This document shows, one piece after another, positions 20,501-28,903 of a stretch of 64,000 bases of DNA. Every line of letters begins with the position of its first letter. The first letter of the stretch is position 1. The notes beneath the pieces were generated by a model. The model had not been told where the DNA came from and searched no databases. It worked only from the letters and a program-made list of their open reading frames with translations. A program made the position numbers and the translations under genes. The DNA is taken from positions 480,001 to 544,000 of the forward strand of contig CAWGJT010000005.1 of the NCBI GenBank assembly GCA_963822965.1, written 5' to 3'. This stretch comes from an uncultured delta proteobacterium (GTDB taxonomy: Bacteria > Myxococcota_A > UBA9160 > UBA4427).

Positions 20501-22247
20501 CGACGTCCCCCAGCTCGTTCTGCACGCGCGCCAGGTCCTGGAGCTCTTCCGCGGTGGGCTGCGAGATGCGGTTGGCCGACTCGTGCAGGGCCTGCGCGCG
20601 CTGCAGGTCGCCCTCCTGGCTGCGCTCGCGAAGGGCCCGGGCCAGGGCGCGCTGCACGTCCGGCCGGGCGGGCGTGAGCTCCCGCGCGTGCTCCAGATGG
20701 ACCACCGCCTTGTCCGCGTCTCCGGTCTCGACGTAGATCTCGCCGAGATCGTGCAGCGCGTCGACGTCGTCGCCGTCGAGCTTCAGCACCTCGAGATAGG
20801 TCGCCGTGGCGGCGTCGGTGTCCTGCAGCGCCTCCTGGGCGCGCGCGACACCCCGCAGCCGTGCCGGCGTCGGCTCGGAGGCGGCGATCGCTTCCTGATA
20901 CGACGCGAGGGACTCCGCGGGCTGGCCGATGCGCGCCTGCAGCGCGCCCGCCGCCTCGCTCGCCACGGGCTTCAGGTCGGGGTCGAGCCGCATCGCCTGG
21001 GCAAGGTCCACCTGGGCCGTCTTCGCGCGGAGCTGCTCGGACGACCGCTTCGCGGCCTCGAGGAGATAGCCGGCGCGCTCCTGGGGAGAGCTCTCGGGCA
21101 GCGCGGCCAGGCGCTCCAGGGGAAGGGTCTCCGCGGGCGCGAGCTGCGCCGCACGCTGGTAGCTCTCCTTGGCGTCGTCGATGCGGTTCGCCGCCTCGTA
21201 GGCCCGAGCGAGGCCGAGGTTGGTCTCGGCGTCGTCCGGCGCCAGCGCCACGCTCTGCTCCAGGTACGGCACGGCGCCGCGGGCATTGCCCCGGGCCAGC
21301 TGCACCTCACCGGCGGCCAGCAGCAGCGGCGCGTCGTCCCGGGCGGCCAGGGCCTTCTCGGCCCGGTCGAAGATCAGCTTCCAGCCCTGGGTGGCGCGAC
21401 CCTGGGCGACCACGAGACGCGCGTGCTCGGCGATGGAGAGTCCGGGGCGGGTGGACGCGTCCTGGATCTGGTCGCGGATCGCGGACACGAAGGGCGACTC
21501 GAGCCCGTCGAGCTCGCGCCAGGCGACGGCCAGGGAGTGCGCGTCGAGCGCGACCAGCGCCCGGCTCGCCGCCGCGAGCTGGTCGACGTCGGGAACGCCC
21601 TCCGAAGGCGGCTGCATCGGCTCGCCCGGGGCCAGGGCCGGCAGCACCTGGAGCAGCGCGGGATTGGTCGTCGCCGCCAGGGTGGTGAGGGTGCCCACGC
21701 CCACGGCCCCGCCCACCAGCCGCGGCGAGGTGGCATCGAGCGACTGCGCGCGCATGTCGATCTCGACCATGTCACGCCTCGCCCGCAGATCCACGAGCAG
21801 GGCGATGCCGGCGCCGGTGCGTCTCGCGCGTGCGATCTCCGCGTCGCCGCTGGCCTCCGCTTCCGGAAGTCCCGGCGACGTCCCGAGCGCGGGCGACTTC
21901 GCGGCCCCCATTTGCTTCATCGCCCGACGGGTCACGTCTCCGGGCACGACGGCGACACCCACCCGGGCAAGCTGCTGCCGGACGAACTCCGCGTACCCCA
22001 GGGCGACGGGTGCGAGTGTCGGATCGATGTGGGACGGCGCCACCAGCACGGGGCGCGCCACGGGCGCCGGCGCGGTGTTCGCGGGAGCCGCGTCGGTGCC
22101 GGGCGCGGCGCCGGGCGCCTCGGCTCGGCCGGGTCCGGTCGCCAGCAGCACGAGCAACGCCGACAGAAGGCCGGCCGTCGTCCGGCCGCGCAGAGCGCGG
22201 ACGATCCTCGGGCCCGAGGCCCCGGCGTGAAGGACACGGGGATGCAT
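17514..22247 (-). CDS. Membrane-spanning TPR-repeat protein with C-terminal Ser/Thr protein kinase domain (1577 aa)
   Basis: Signal-like GLLSALLVLLATGPGRA, many TPR-like helices, TM segment ALVGWGLLALLLL. Kinase motifs LGRGGMGVV, VALKVL, HRDIKPSN, DFGLAK, GTPNFMAPEQ. Confidence 0.88.
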   Translation of the reverse strand: MHPRVLHAGASGPRIVRALRGRTTAGLLSALLVLLATGPGRAEAPGAAPGTDAAPANTAPAPVARPVLVAPSHIDPTLAPVALGYAEFVRQQLARVGVAVVPGDVTRRAMKQMGAAKSPALGTSPGLPEAEASGDAEIARARRTGAGIALLVDLRARRDMVEIDMRAQSLDATSPRLVGGAVGVGTLTTLAATTNPALLQVLPALAPGEPMQPPSEGVPDVDQLAAASRALVALDAHSLAVAWRELDGLESPFVSAIRDQIQDASTRPGLSIAEHARLVVAQGRATQGWKLIFDRAEKALAARDDAPLLLAAGEVQLARGNARGAVPYLEQSVALAPDDAETNLGLARAYEAANRIDDAKESYQRAAQLAPAETLPLERLAALPESSPQERAGYLLEAAKRSSEQLRAKTAQVDLAQAMRLDPDLKPVASEAAGALQARIGQPAESLASYQEAIAASEPTPARLRGVARAQEALQDTDAATATYLEVLKLDGDDVDALHDLGEIYVETGDADKAVVHLEHARELTPARPDVQRALARALRERSQEGDLQRAQALHESANRISQPTAEELQDLARVQNELGDVDGAILTLEHALLRRRLSMYGRQALADAYLARGDRERAEEVMEVVRLVSGESAGTSAAEQGAATSQSFDALLQSFVTPEGYGDRVAFLGLRSGDHWRDRLVEWLHPKAPNLAAIETGLLAAIDRSHSLVGAPASTPEMLGASLDDLRRFDADVSRSAELISFVNLSLDTDAVFLGRVLHPLGSIGAVAACGSRPYYVLELRKLGGRAEGEVSLLANRACVEAGPDSAYVAWNRKALVGWGLLALLLLRPAIRGWGRVVVRVRAPQHGRALFSISISRRPRKFKEDKKQSAAPSWRFEKRLQAVRGNERRLKGTFMVFGMVPARRKPYYVTVRGPLLDLGTDKLIGEFLEEKTVSVRRWRTVEVKFDMRTQTAAITVVPQLAGGSIDQARVALRGDPQSLRFVSGGQAYVYAAPGSHVVVVGAADRVVEVPLELDSSKPVTLRVDMDDVQGIVFSGCTEAVGPYVEGDYTAAATALQEAGDPASADRVRALHLRRKGDTEGAARVLENAGMHAESVKLRSGDSSSTATGLSAELLEKAGEHARAGEAYEAEGDLAAAARNYEAAYDYQRAADCYGEVGDVEKALAMLEALGDVYEAGKYAAEHGQIDRAIHSLQQVDSRHGFYSEGCRLLADLLTRRGEIDLAVEKYAEALEIWGPDNAPLDMQRAYAELLEQASRPQDALTIYERIRRRDVHFGDVSARVEDLKKHISQEVETSPRDSSTVLANSATSARIGDENSRYELLEELGRGGMGVVFRARDRNLGRVVALKVLPENLRQHPQAVKLFLREARAAAALNHQNIVTLFDAGREGDTYFLTMECLEGSGLESVLASRGPLPTRAAATVGLQVAAGLDYAQRSKIVHRDIKPSNLFLTRDRTVKIMDFGLAKMVEEVRRGSTLIGGTPNFMAPEQATGGDVDHRTDLYALGGTLFELVTGTVPFESGDVVYHHVHTPPPDARERNVDVPAAMAELIMHLMAKKPEDRIQSARELATRLQAILRA

Positions 22248-22256
22248 CGCCGTTGC

Positions 22257-22284
22257 GTATCGGCTCGGGGGTTTCCCCTGTTGA
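22257..22284 (-). promoter_or_regulatory. Possible sigma28-type promoter of the TPR kinase gene
   Basis: Minus strand TCAA-N16-GCCGATAC, ending 9 nt before the ATG. Overlaps a CGGCTC...GAGCCG dyad. Confidence 0.35.
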
Positions 22285-22345
22285 GCCGGGTTCCAGCCGG
22301 GATTCACTTCTACGCTCCGGCCCCACACTTTTTCGCGCTCCCGCT

Positions 22346-23209
22346 TCAGCGCGAGCGGGCCGCACGCCAGGCCCGGACGATCTCCGGGTAGCCGTCGCGG
22401 AAGCTCTCGTACCGGAAGCGATAGCCGGCCTGGCGGATGCGCTTGTTGCGGCAGCGCTTGCTGCCCGCGCGCCGGGGCGGCAGCGGCTCGCCCGGCGCCC
22501 CGGTCGGCGGCGGCTCGACGCCCAGCTCCGCCGCGACGAAGCGGAGGACGTCGGCCTCGTCCGCCGGCTCGCAGTCCACGCCGAGATAGAGCGGCGCCGC
22601 GTCGGGGATCATCAGATGGCGCAGCACGCCCGCGGCGTCGTCGCGGTGGATGCGATTGGTGAAGTGCGGCTCGGGAGCGATGCGCGCCTGTCCGCTGGCC
22701 ACCTGCTCGACCAGGCGCGTGCGTCCCGGACCGTAGATACCCCCGAAGCGCACCACCGTCGCGTCGAAGCCGCTCGCGAGCAGCAGCCGCTCGGCCATCA
22801 GCAACGTCTCGCCCGTCGGCCGCGTGGGTCGTGTGGGCGAGTCCTCGTCCACCCACTCCCCCCGCTCCTGCGCGTAGACCGAGGTGCTCGAGGTGAAGAG
22901 TACGCGGGCGGGCTTCTCGCTCTGCTCCTTCAGGGCGCGCAGGAAGCGTTCGAGTCCGTCCAGATAGGCGGTGCGGTAGGCCTCCGCCGAGCCACCGTCG
23001 GGCGATACGCAGTAGACCGCGAACTCGATTCCCCGGGGCAGAACCAGCAGGCTCTCCCGGCGGGCCAGGTCCGCCGCCAGCGGGTGGATGCGGGGCGGCA
23101 GCTTCGAAGGGTCCCGGCGCAACCCGAACACCTCGTGACCGTCGTCGGCCAGCTCGACGCCGAGCGCGCTGCCCACGTAGCCGCAGCCCGCGATCACGAT
23201 GCGTGCCAT
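22346..23209 (-). CDS. NAD(P)-dependent epimerase/dehydratase (atypical SDR, YeeZ-like)
   Basis: IAGCGYVG Rossmann motif, TSSTSVY, RFGGIYGPGR, NRIHRDD. Confidence 0.88.
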   Translation of the reverse strand: MARIVIAGCGYVGSALGVELADDGHEVFGLRRDPSKLPPRIHPLAADLARRESLLVLPRGIEFAVYCVSPDGGSAEAYRTAYLDGLERFLRALKEQSEKPARVLFTSSTSVYAQERGEWVDEDSPTRPTRPTGETLLMAERLLLASGFDATVVRFGGIYGPGRTRLVEQVASGQARIAPEPHFTNRIHRDDAAGVLRHLMIPDAAPLYLGVDCEPADEADVLRFVAAELGVEPPPTGAPGEPLPPRRAGSKRCRNKRIRQAGYRFRYESFRDGYPEIVRAWRAARSR

Positions 23210-23266
23210 GGCCCCCCCGGTGCGGTGCAACGCCCGTGCACTCTACCCCTGTATACTGCGCCCCGC

Positions 23267-23977
23267 ATGCTGCCCCTGGTCGGCATCTCCCAATCTCTCG
23301 ACGATCGCGGCCGCTGGCGCCAGGGACGTGATTATGTGTATGTCGACCTGGCCTATGCGCGCGCCGTCGAGGCGGCGGGGGGCACACCGGTGCACCTGCC
23401 GGTCCAGCACGATCCCCGGCAGCTGGTGTCACGCCTGGACGCGCTGCTGTTGCCCGGCGGCGACGACTTCCTCCCCGAGGTCGCGAGCCCGGGCTACGGG
23501 GACGACGTCCGCTTCGACCCCACCCCGCCCACGCAGATCGCCTTCGACACCCAGCTGCTCGTGGCCGCGCTCGACCGCGGCATTCCCGTCCTGGGCATCT
23601 GCTACGGCATGCAGCTTCTGGCGCTCCACCGCGGGGGTCGCCTGTACTACCACCTGCCCGTCGACCGACCGGACGCGGGCTGTCACGCCCTGCCGGAGGC
23701 TTCCGGCCGCCATGCGCTGCAGACGGTGCCAGGGTCTCGACTGGCGGCCATCCTGGGAGACGATCCGGTGCCGGTGAACAGCCTGCACCACCAGGCCGTC
23801 GCGGAGCCGGGGTCGGGGCTCCGCGTCTGCGCGCGAAGCCCCGACGGCGTGATCGAAGCCATCGAGGCGGACGGCCCCGGCTTCGTCGTCGGCGTGCAGT
23901 GGCACCCGGAGAAGCTCGACGAGGCCGGGCGCGATCCGCTGTTCCGCTCGTTGGTCGCGGCGGCTCAGAGCCTGTGA
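23267..23977 (+). CDS. Gamma-glutamyl-gamma-aminobutyrate hydrolase family (peptidase C26, PuuD-like)
   Basis: LPGGDD, PVLGICYGMQ, VNSLHHQAV, GVQWHPE. The stop codon lies inside the MITE TIR. Confidence 0.88.
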   Translation: MLPLVGISQSLDDRGRWRQGRDYVYVDLAYARAVEAAGGTPVHLPVQHDPRQLVSRLDALLLPGGDDFLPEVASPGYGDDVRFDPTPPTQIAFDTQLLVAALDRGIPVLGICYGMQLLALHRGGRLYYHLPVDRPDAGCHALPEASGRHALQTVPGSRLAAILGDDPVPVNSLHHQAVAEPGSGLRVCARSPDGVIEAIEADGPGFVVGVQWHPEKLDEAGRDPLFRSLVAAAQSL

Positions 23978-24126
23978 AGGAATCCTCGACCGAGTCAGGC
24001 GTTGCGCCGGTGGGTCGGATGCAAGGCGCGACGACGAGGCGTAGCGCGCCTACGCCGAGGAGGAGCAACGCCGCAGACGGCCCGCCGCCACAAGCCTGGC
24101 GACCGAGAGGATTCCTTCACAGGCTC
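23968..24126. mobile_element. MITE-like element A (159 bp)
   Basis: Perfect 20-bp TIR GAGCCTGTGAAGGAATCCTC / GAGGATTCCTTCACAGGCTC, flanked by a TCA direct repeat (23965-23967, 24127-24129). No transposase. Confidence 0.9.
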
Positions 24127-24363
24127 TCAGCCGGGGGCGCCGGCCTCCGCGTCGGAGAGCTCGTGACCGCTGCACCAGCGCAGGCCGCCGTCGAGGTAGA
24201 TGCGGTGGGCCAGCTCCTCCGCCGCGCAGCGGGGCGCCACGAAGCGCATGCGGAGGTCCTCGATCTCGAGCGTGCAGCTGTCGACCGCTGAGCGGTCCTG
24301 GGCCCGGCGGAACCCGTCGAGCAGGCTGTCCCGGGACGTGAATCGCAGATCGAACACCTGCAC
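24127..24363 (-). CDS. Small hypothetical protein (78 aa)
   Basis: GTG start with GGAGG SD 7 nt upstream, GC3-biased codons (VQVFDLRFTSRDSLLDGFRR...), upstream sigma54 motif. Confidence 0.65.
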   Translation of the reverse strand: MQVFDLRFTSRDSLLDGFRRAQDRSAVDSCTLEIEDLRMRFVAPRCAAEELAHRIYLDGGLRWCSGHELSDAEAGAPG

Positions 24364-24415
24364 GGGCCACCTCCCTTCGGACGCCCCCGGATGAGGAGGG
24401 GGCCTCCGGTTCGAG

Positions 24416-24431
24416 AGCAAATTCCGTGCCC
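24416..24431 (-). promoter_or_regulatory. Sigma54 (RpoN) -24/-12 promoter
   Basis: Minus strand GGGCACGGAATTTGCT (GG-N10-GC), close to the TGGCACG-N4-TTGCW consensus. Confidence 0.7.
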
Positions 24432-24572
24432 AGGCGCGCGAGCGCCGTGGAGAGCGTCCTCCGCGGCCGAGGTTGCTCTGCAGCCCGCCCGAGTGCCCAG
24501 CCCGTGGGCGAGGACCGCCCAGCCCGTGCGCACAGGGGTCTTTCGCCAGGGCTCGCGATAGGATCTGGCGCC

Positions 24573-25328
24573 GTGCGCGCCGTCTACTCCTGCCTCTTCT
24601 GGGCGTTTCTCGCCCTGTCCTCCATCGGGATGTTTCCCGTGGCGGTGGTGGTGTGGGTGCTGACGGCGCTCGTCGACCGGCGCCTCTGGCTGCTCCACCG
24701 CGTCACGTGCTTCTGGGCCTCGCTCTACACCTGGCTCAACCCCGCCTGGAACGTCACGGTCACCGGGCGCGAGAAGATCGACGAGGGCGAGGCCTGCGTG
24801 TTCGTCGCCAACCATCTGTCCCTGCTCGACATCCTGGTGATGTTCCGGCTCTTCTCCCACTTCAAGTGGGTGTCGAAGATCGAGAACTTCAAGGTGCCGT
24901 TCATCGGCTGGAACATGCGGCTGAACCGGTACATCCAGCTGCGCCGCGGCGACCGCTCGAGCGTCGTGCAGATGATGCGGGACTGCGAGCGCACCCTCGC
25001 CGAGGGCAGCTCCATCATGATCTTTCCGGAGGGCACCCGCTCTCCCACGGGGCGCATGCGGGGCTTCAAGACGGGGGCCTTCGAGCTGGCGCTGAAGAGC
25101 CGGACCCCGATCCAGCCCATCGTGCTCGGAGGCACCGCCGACGCCCTGCCGAAGCGCGGCTTCATCCTGCAGGGCAGGCATCCCATCTCGATCACCGTGC
25201 TCGACCGCATCCCGTACGAGAGCTTCGCCGAGCTCAGCGTCGAGGAGCTGACGGCCCGGGTGCGAGCGCTGATCGCGAGCCACCTCGACGAGAAGCAGCT
25301 CGAGCCGGTCCCCGAAGCGCCCGCATAG
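24573..25328 (+). CDS. plsC: 1-acyl-sn-glycerol-3-phosphate acyltransferase family
   Basis: NHLSLLD (HX4D), FPEGTRS, FKTGAF, N-terminal hydrophobic helices. Start uncertain (GTG 24573 chosen, 8 nt after TAGGAT). Confidence 0.85.
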   Translation: MRAVYSCLFWAFLALSSIGMFPVAVVVWVLTALVDRRLWLLHRVTCFWASLYTWLNPAWNVTVTGREKIDEGEACVFVANHLSLLDILVMFRLFSHFKWVSKIENFKVPFIGWNMRLNRYIQLRRGDRSSVVQMMRDCERTLAEGSSIMIFPEGTRSPTGRMRGFKTGAFELALKSRTPIQPIVLGGTADALPKRGFILQGRHPISITVLDRIPYESFAELSVEELTARVRALIASHLDEKQLEPVPEAPA

Positions 25329-25359
25329 CCCGAACCCGGGCTCCCGACCCCGGGCGGCG

Positions 25360-26868
25360 CTAGTCCGCCGCTCCGGGGCGTCCCGCCGCTCGGGCGAGGT
25401 CCGCACGGCGCAGCTTTCCCGCGGCCGTGCGCGGCAGTGCGCCCACCCGGTGGAAGCGGACGGGCACCTTGAAGGCTGCCAGCCGGCTGCGGCAGAAGCG
25501 GGCCAGGGACTCCTCGTCGGGCGGCCGCCCCGATGCTGACTCGACCGGCACCCACCAGGCGATGGGGCGCGCGCCGTAGCGATCGTCCGGAAGGCTGCCC
25601 ACCCCGGCCTCGGCGACGCCGGGATGCTCGAGCAGCACCGCCTCGATCTCCGCCGGATACACGTTCTCGCCGCCCGAGACGATCAGATCGCTGCGGCGAT
25701 CGAGGACGGTCAGGGTGCCGTCGGCGTGCAGCCGGCCGACGTCGCCGGTGTGCAGCCAGCCGCCGCGCAGCGCGCGAGCCGTCTCCTCGTCGCGACCCAG
25801 GTAGCCCCGCATCACGGTCGGGCCGCGTACGAGGATCTCGCCGGATCCGCCGGGCGCCGCGTCGACCCGAACCCGGACACCGGGCAGGGGCCGCAGCCCG
25901 CAGGCGCGGGAGTCGCCGGGGGCCCGCGTCGCCACCTGCGACGTGGCCTCGGTGAGACCGTAGGTGGGCGCCACGGGATAGCCGAGCGCGCGCGCGCGCC
26001 TGAGCAGCGCGTCGGGAACCGGACCCCCGCCCACGAGGATGCAGCGCAGGTCGGCGGGCGCGCGCGCGTCGCCCCGCGCCTCGAGCACGCGGGCGAGGGT
26101 GTTGGCCACGAACGAGACGTCCGTGACGCCGTCCACCTCCAGGCTGCGCGCCACCGCGGTCGCGTCGAAGCCCGGGTGCACGTGCACGCTCGAGCCGACG
26201 AGCAGCGCGCGCACCAGGATCGAGAGCCCCCCCACGTGGAAGAGCGGCAGACAAGCGAGGCAGCGGTCGCCCGGCCGCGAGCCCAGGAGCTGCTGCGAGG
26301 CGCGGGCGCTGGCCAGGAAGTTGCCCGCGGTGAGCACCGCGCCCTTGGGCCGCCCGGTGGTGCCGCTCGTGTAGAGCACGGCCAGAGGCGCCTCGAGATC
26401 CAACGGAGCCGGGTCCTGCGCCGGCCGCCGTGCCCGGGAAGGGCCGGAGACGAGCTGCGAGAAAGGGAGCGGCTCGCTGACCGGATGCCCTCCCGACGGC
26501 TCTCCCGACTGCACCTCCTCCAGCGCCGCGGCTGCGAGGGTCGCGAGGGCCTCGTCACCGTGCACGAGCCAGCGCGCCCGTGCGTCGCGCAGCAGGAACG
26601 CGATCTCGGGCGGCGTGAGCCGCAGGTTCAACGGCAGCACGACGGCACCCGCCAGCCAGGCCCCGTGCAGCAGCAGCGGAAGCTCCGCCGAGTCGAGCAG
26701 CACGGCCACCACGTCGCCCGGTGCGACCCCGAGATGGACGAGCGCCGCGTGGACGTCGAGCGCCTCCCGCTCGAGGTCGGCCCAGGAGAGGCTGCGCGCC
26801 GGCAGCCGCAGCGCCGGCGCGGACGGCGTCGACCGCGCCCGGGCCACGAGCCAGGGGGTCGCGTTCAC
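25360..26868 (-). CDS. menE: o-Succinylbenzoate--CoA ligase
   Basis: [46 protein letters not shown]. Last gene of the men operon, GTGA overlap with menC. Confidence 0.9.
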   Translation of the reverse strand: MNATPWLVARARSTPSAPALRLPARSLSWADLEREALDVHAALVHLGVAPGDVVAVLLDSAELPLLLHGAWLAGAVVLPLNLRLTPPEIAFLLRDARARWLVHGDEALATLAAAALEEVQSGEPSGGHPVSEPLPFSQLVSGPSRARRPAQDPAPLDLEAPLAVLYTSGTTGRPKGAVLTAGNFLASARASQQLLGSRPGDRCLACLPLFHVGGLSILVRALLVGSSVHVHPGFDATAVARSLEVDGVTDVSFVANTLARVLEARGDARAPADLRCILVGGGPVPDALLRRARALGYPVAPTYGLTEATSQVATRAPGDSRACGLRPLPGVRVRVDAAPGGSGEILVRGPTVMRGYLGRDEETARALRGGWLHTGDVGRLHADGTLTVLDRRSDLIVSGGENVYPAEIEAVLLEHPGVAEAGVGSLPDDRYGARPIAWWVPVESASGRPPDEESLARFCRSRLAAFKVPVRFHRVGALPRTAAGKLRRADLARAAGRPGAAD

Positions 26869-27971
26869 GCAGCGCACCCGGCGGGCACGACACCGAGACC
26901 CGGCCCGGCCGGCAGCGCGATCACCCCGCGCCGCGGCACCGGCGCGCGCGCGAGATCGGACTCCAGCAGCGCCGCCGTCGCGAGCCCGCAGGCCGGGAGC
27001 GGACCGTCGAGCGACGCCGCCAGGTGTAGCGCCGCGGTGAGACCCACCGCGGCGTCGAGCCCCGAGGTGACGACCGCCGTCACGCCCCGGGCACGAGCTT
27101 CGACGGCGAGACGGCGGGCCGCCCGCAGCCCGCCCACCACCGACGGCTTGAGCACAAGGAAGTCCGTCGCCTCCCGGGCGAGGATCTCCCGCACCCGCGG
27201 CGGCGAGCCCGCGCTCTCGTCCACCGCGATCGCGACGGGAACCTGGCTGCGCAGGCAGGCGAGCGCGTCGGCGTCGGCCGGACCGGTCAGGGCCAGCGGG
27301 TCCTCCACGTACTCGATGGCGAAGGCTGCCAGCGCCTGCAGCGCTTCACGGGCCTCCCCGAACGTGAAGCCCGCGTTCGCATCCAGGCGGATGCGGCCCC
27401 CGGCGCCCACCGCCCGGCGCAGGGCGGCCACCCGGGCCAGGTCGAGCGGCAGGTCCCGGGCTCCCAGCTTGAGCTTGAAGGTGTCGAAGCCGGCCGCCGC
27501 GGCGCGGCGTCCGGCTGCGTACACCGCCTCGGGGTCGGAAGCCTGGACCAGCACGTTCACCGGGACGGCGCGGCGCGGGGCGCGCCCCCCCGCCAGCCAG
27601 TCGGCCATGCGGCGACCGGCGGCACGCGCTTCGAGATCGGCCAGCGCCGTATCGAGCGCGAAGCGCGCGGCGGGCGCCGTCGGCACCTGGGACTCCGCGC
27701 GGTCGAGCAGCGCGTCGCGATCCCCGCTGCGGGCACCCTGCACGAAGACGAGCCATCGCGAGAGCACCTCGGCACTCGCCTTCGCGTCTTCCCCGGCGAA
27801 GCCCGGAAAGCCGGGAATCGGGCAGGCCTCGCCGTAGCCCCGGGTGCCGTCGGCAGCCTGCAGCACCAGCAGCACGCCCTCGCGGGTGGTGAGTCGACCG
27901 CGCGCCGTCGGCAGCGGAACGCGAAGCCCCAGCGTGAACGGGTGGAGCCGCCCCGAGACGATCAGTGCCAC
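26865..27971 (-). CDS. menC: o-Succinylbenzoate synthase
   Basis: Enolase-superfamily FKLKLG, RLDANAG, VEDP, DES, VLKPSVVGG. In-frame GTG starts at 27971, 27995 and 28019 (one per repeat copy). Confidence 0.88.
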   Translation of the reverse strand: MALIVSGRLHPFTLGLRVPLPTARGRLTTREGVLLVLQAADGTRGYGEACPIPGFPGFAGEDAKASAEVLSRWLVFVQGARSGDRDALLDRAESQVPTAPAARFALDTALADLEARAAGRRMADWLAGGRAPRRAVPVNVLVQASDPEAVYAAGRRAAAAGFDTFKLKLGARDLPLDLARVAALRRAVGAGGRIRLDANAGFTFGEAREALQALAAFAIEYVEDPLALTGPADADALACLRSQVPVAIAVDESAGSPPRVREILAREATDFLVLKPSVVGGLRAARRLAVEARARGVTAVVTSGLDAAVGLTAALHLAASLDGPLPACGLATAALLESDLARAPVPRRGVIALPAGPGLGVVPAGCAA

Positions 27972-28903
27972 GGCCAGCTCGAGGAGGAGTGCCACAGCCA
28001 GCCCGGCGAGAGGTGCCACAGCCAGCCCAGCGAGAACAGCAGCGAGAACGCGAAGCCCAGCCGGGCCGTGCCGGCCAGCGCCTCGTTCAGCGCCTTACCG
28101 TCCTCGCAGCGCGAGACGACGGCGTCCAGGCGCCGCGCCCACGGCAGCAGGACGAGGGGAGCCAGCACGAGGGGGGACGCGAGGCCGCTCACCAGGTACC
28201 CGGGCAACAGCACGAAGGGCAGGAAGACGAGCGCGCGATACTCGAGGCGCGCACCCCGCCGCCCCAGCCGTACCGCCAGGGTGCGCTTGCGGGCGGCGCG
28301 GTCGCTGTCGATGTCGCGCGTGTTGTTGACCACCAGGATCGCGGTGGCGAGGCAGCCGACCGGCACCGACGCCGCCAGGGCGGCCCCGGAGAACGCGAGG
28401 GTCTGCACGTAGCTCGTCCCGACCACGGCCACGACGCCGAAGAAGACGAAGACCGCGAGGTCGCCGAGGCCGCGGTAGCCGAAGGGCCAGGGTCCACCGG
28501 TGTAGGCCAGCGCGGCGGCGATCGAGGCGAGGCCGGCCACGGCCACCGGCCAGCCGCCGACGGCCACGAGCCAGGCGCCCACGGCGATCGCGGCGGCGAA
28601 GACCACCGCGATGCCCGCACGCATGCGCCGCGGCGACAGCAGGCCCTGCTGGGACGCTCGCGGCGGGCCGATGCGATCCGGCCCGTCCGCGCCGCGCTCG
28701 AAGTCGAAGAGATCGTTCGCGAGGTTGCTGCCGATCTGCAGCAGCAGGGCTCCGCACAGGGCGGCCAGCGCGGGCCCGGCCCGGGCGCCGTCCTCGCCGA
28801 ACGCGACGGCTGTCCCCACGAGCACCGGCCCCACCGAGACGGGCAGGGTGCGCGGCCTGGCCGCCAGCACCCACGCCCGCCCCGACGAGAGCGCCGTCGT
28901 CAC
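27962..28903 (-). CDS. menA: 1,4-dihydroxy-2-naphthoate polyprenyltransferase
   Basis: [55 protein letters not shown]. Multiple TM helices. Confidence 0.93.
   Translation of the reverse strand: MTTALSSGRAWVLAARPRTLPVSVGPVLVGTAVAFGEDGARAGPALAALCGALLLQIGSNLANDLFDFERGADGPDRIGPPRASQQGLLSPRRMRAGIAVVFAAAIAVGAWLVAVGGWPVAVAGLASIAAALAYTGGPWPFGYRGLGDLAVFVFFGVVAVVGTSYVQTLAFSGAALAASVPVGCLATAILVVNNTRDIDSDRAARKRTLAVRLGRRGARLEYRALVFLPFVLLPGYLVSGLASPLVLAPLVLLPWARRLDAVVSRCEDGKALNEALAGTARLGFAFSLLFSLGWLWHLSPGWLWHSSSSWPWH
27965..28036. repeat. 3 x 24-bp tandem repeat at the menA/menC junction
   Basis: GTGCCAC(A/G)GCCAGC core at 27965, 27989 and 28013. Gives the MenA tail [21 protein letters not shown]. Confidence 0.8.

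Noticed and set aside
18387..22391. Long antisense ORFs (e.g. 18387-22391, 4078-7107, 8033-10471)
   Set aside because: Expected stop-poor shadow frames opposite real genes in very GC-rich DNA. No family motifs.
17514..24068. 2184-aa ORF as one protein
   Set aside because: The first ~600 aa are low-complexity shadow translation across the epimerase, PuuD-like gene and MITE. The real gene starts at ATG 22247.
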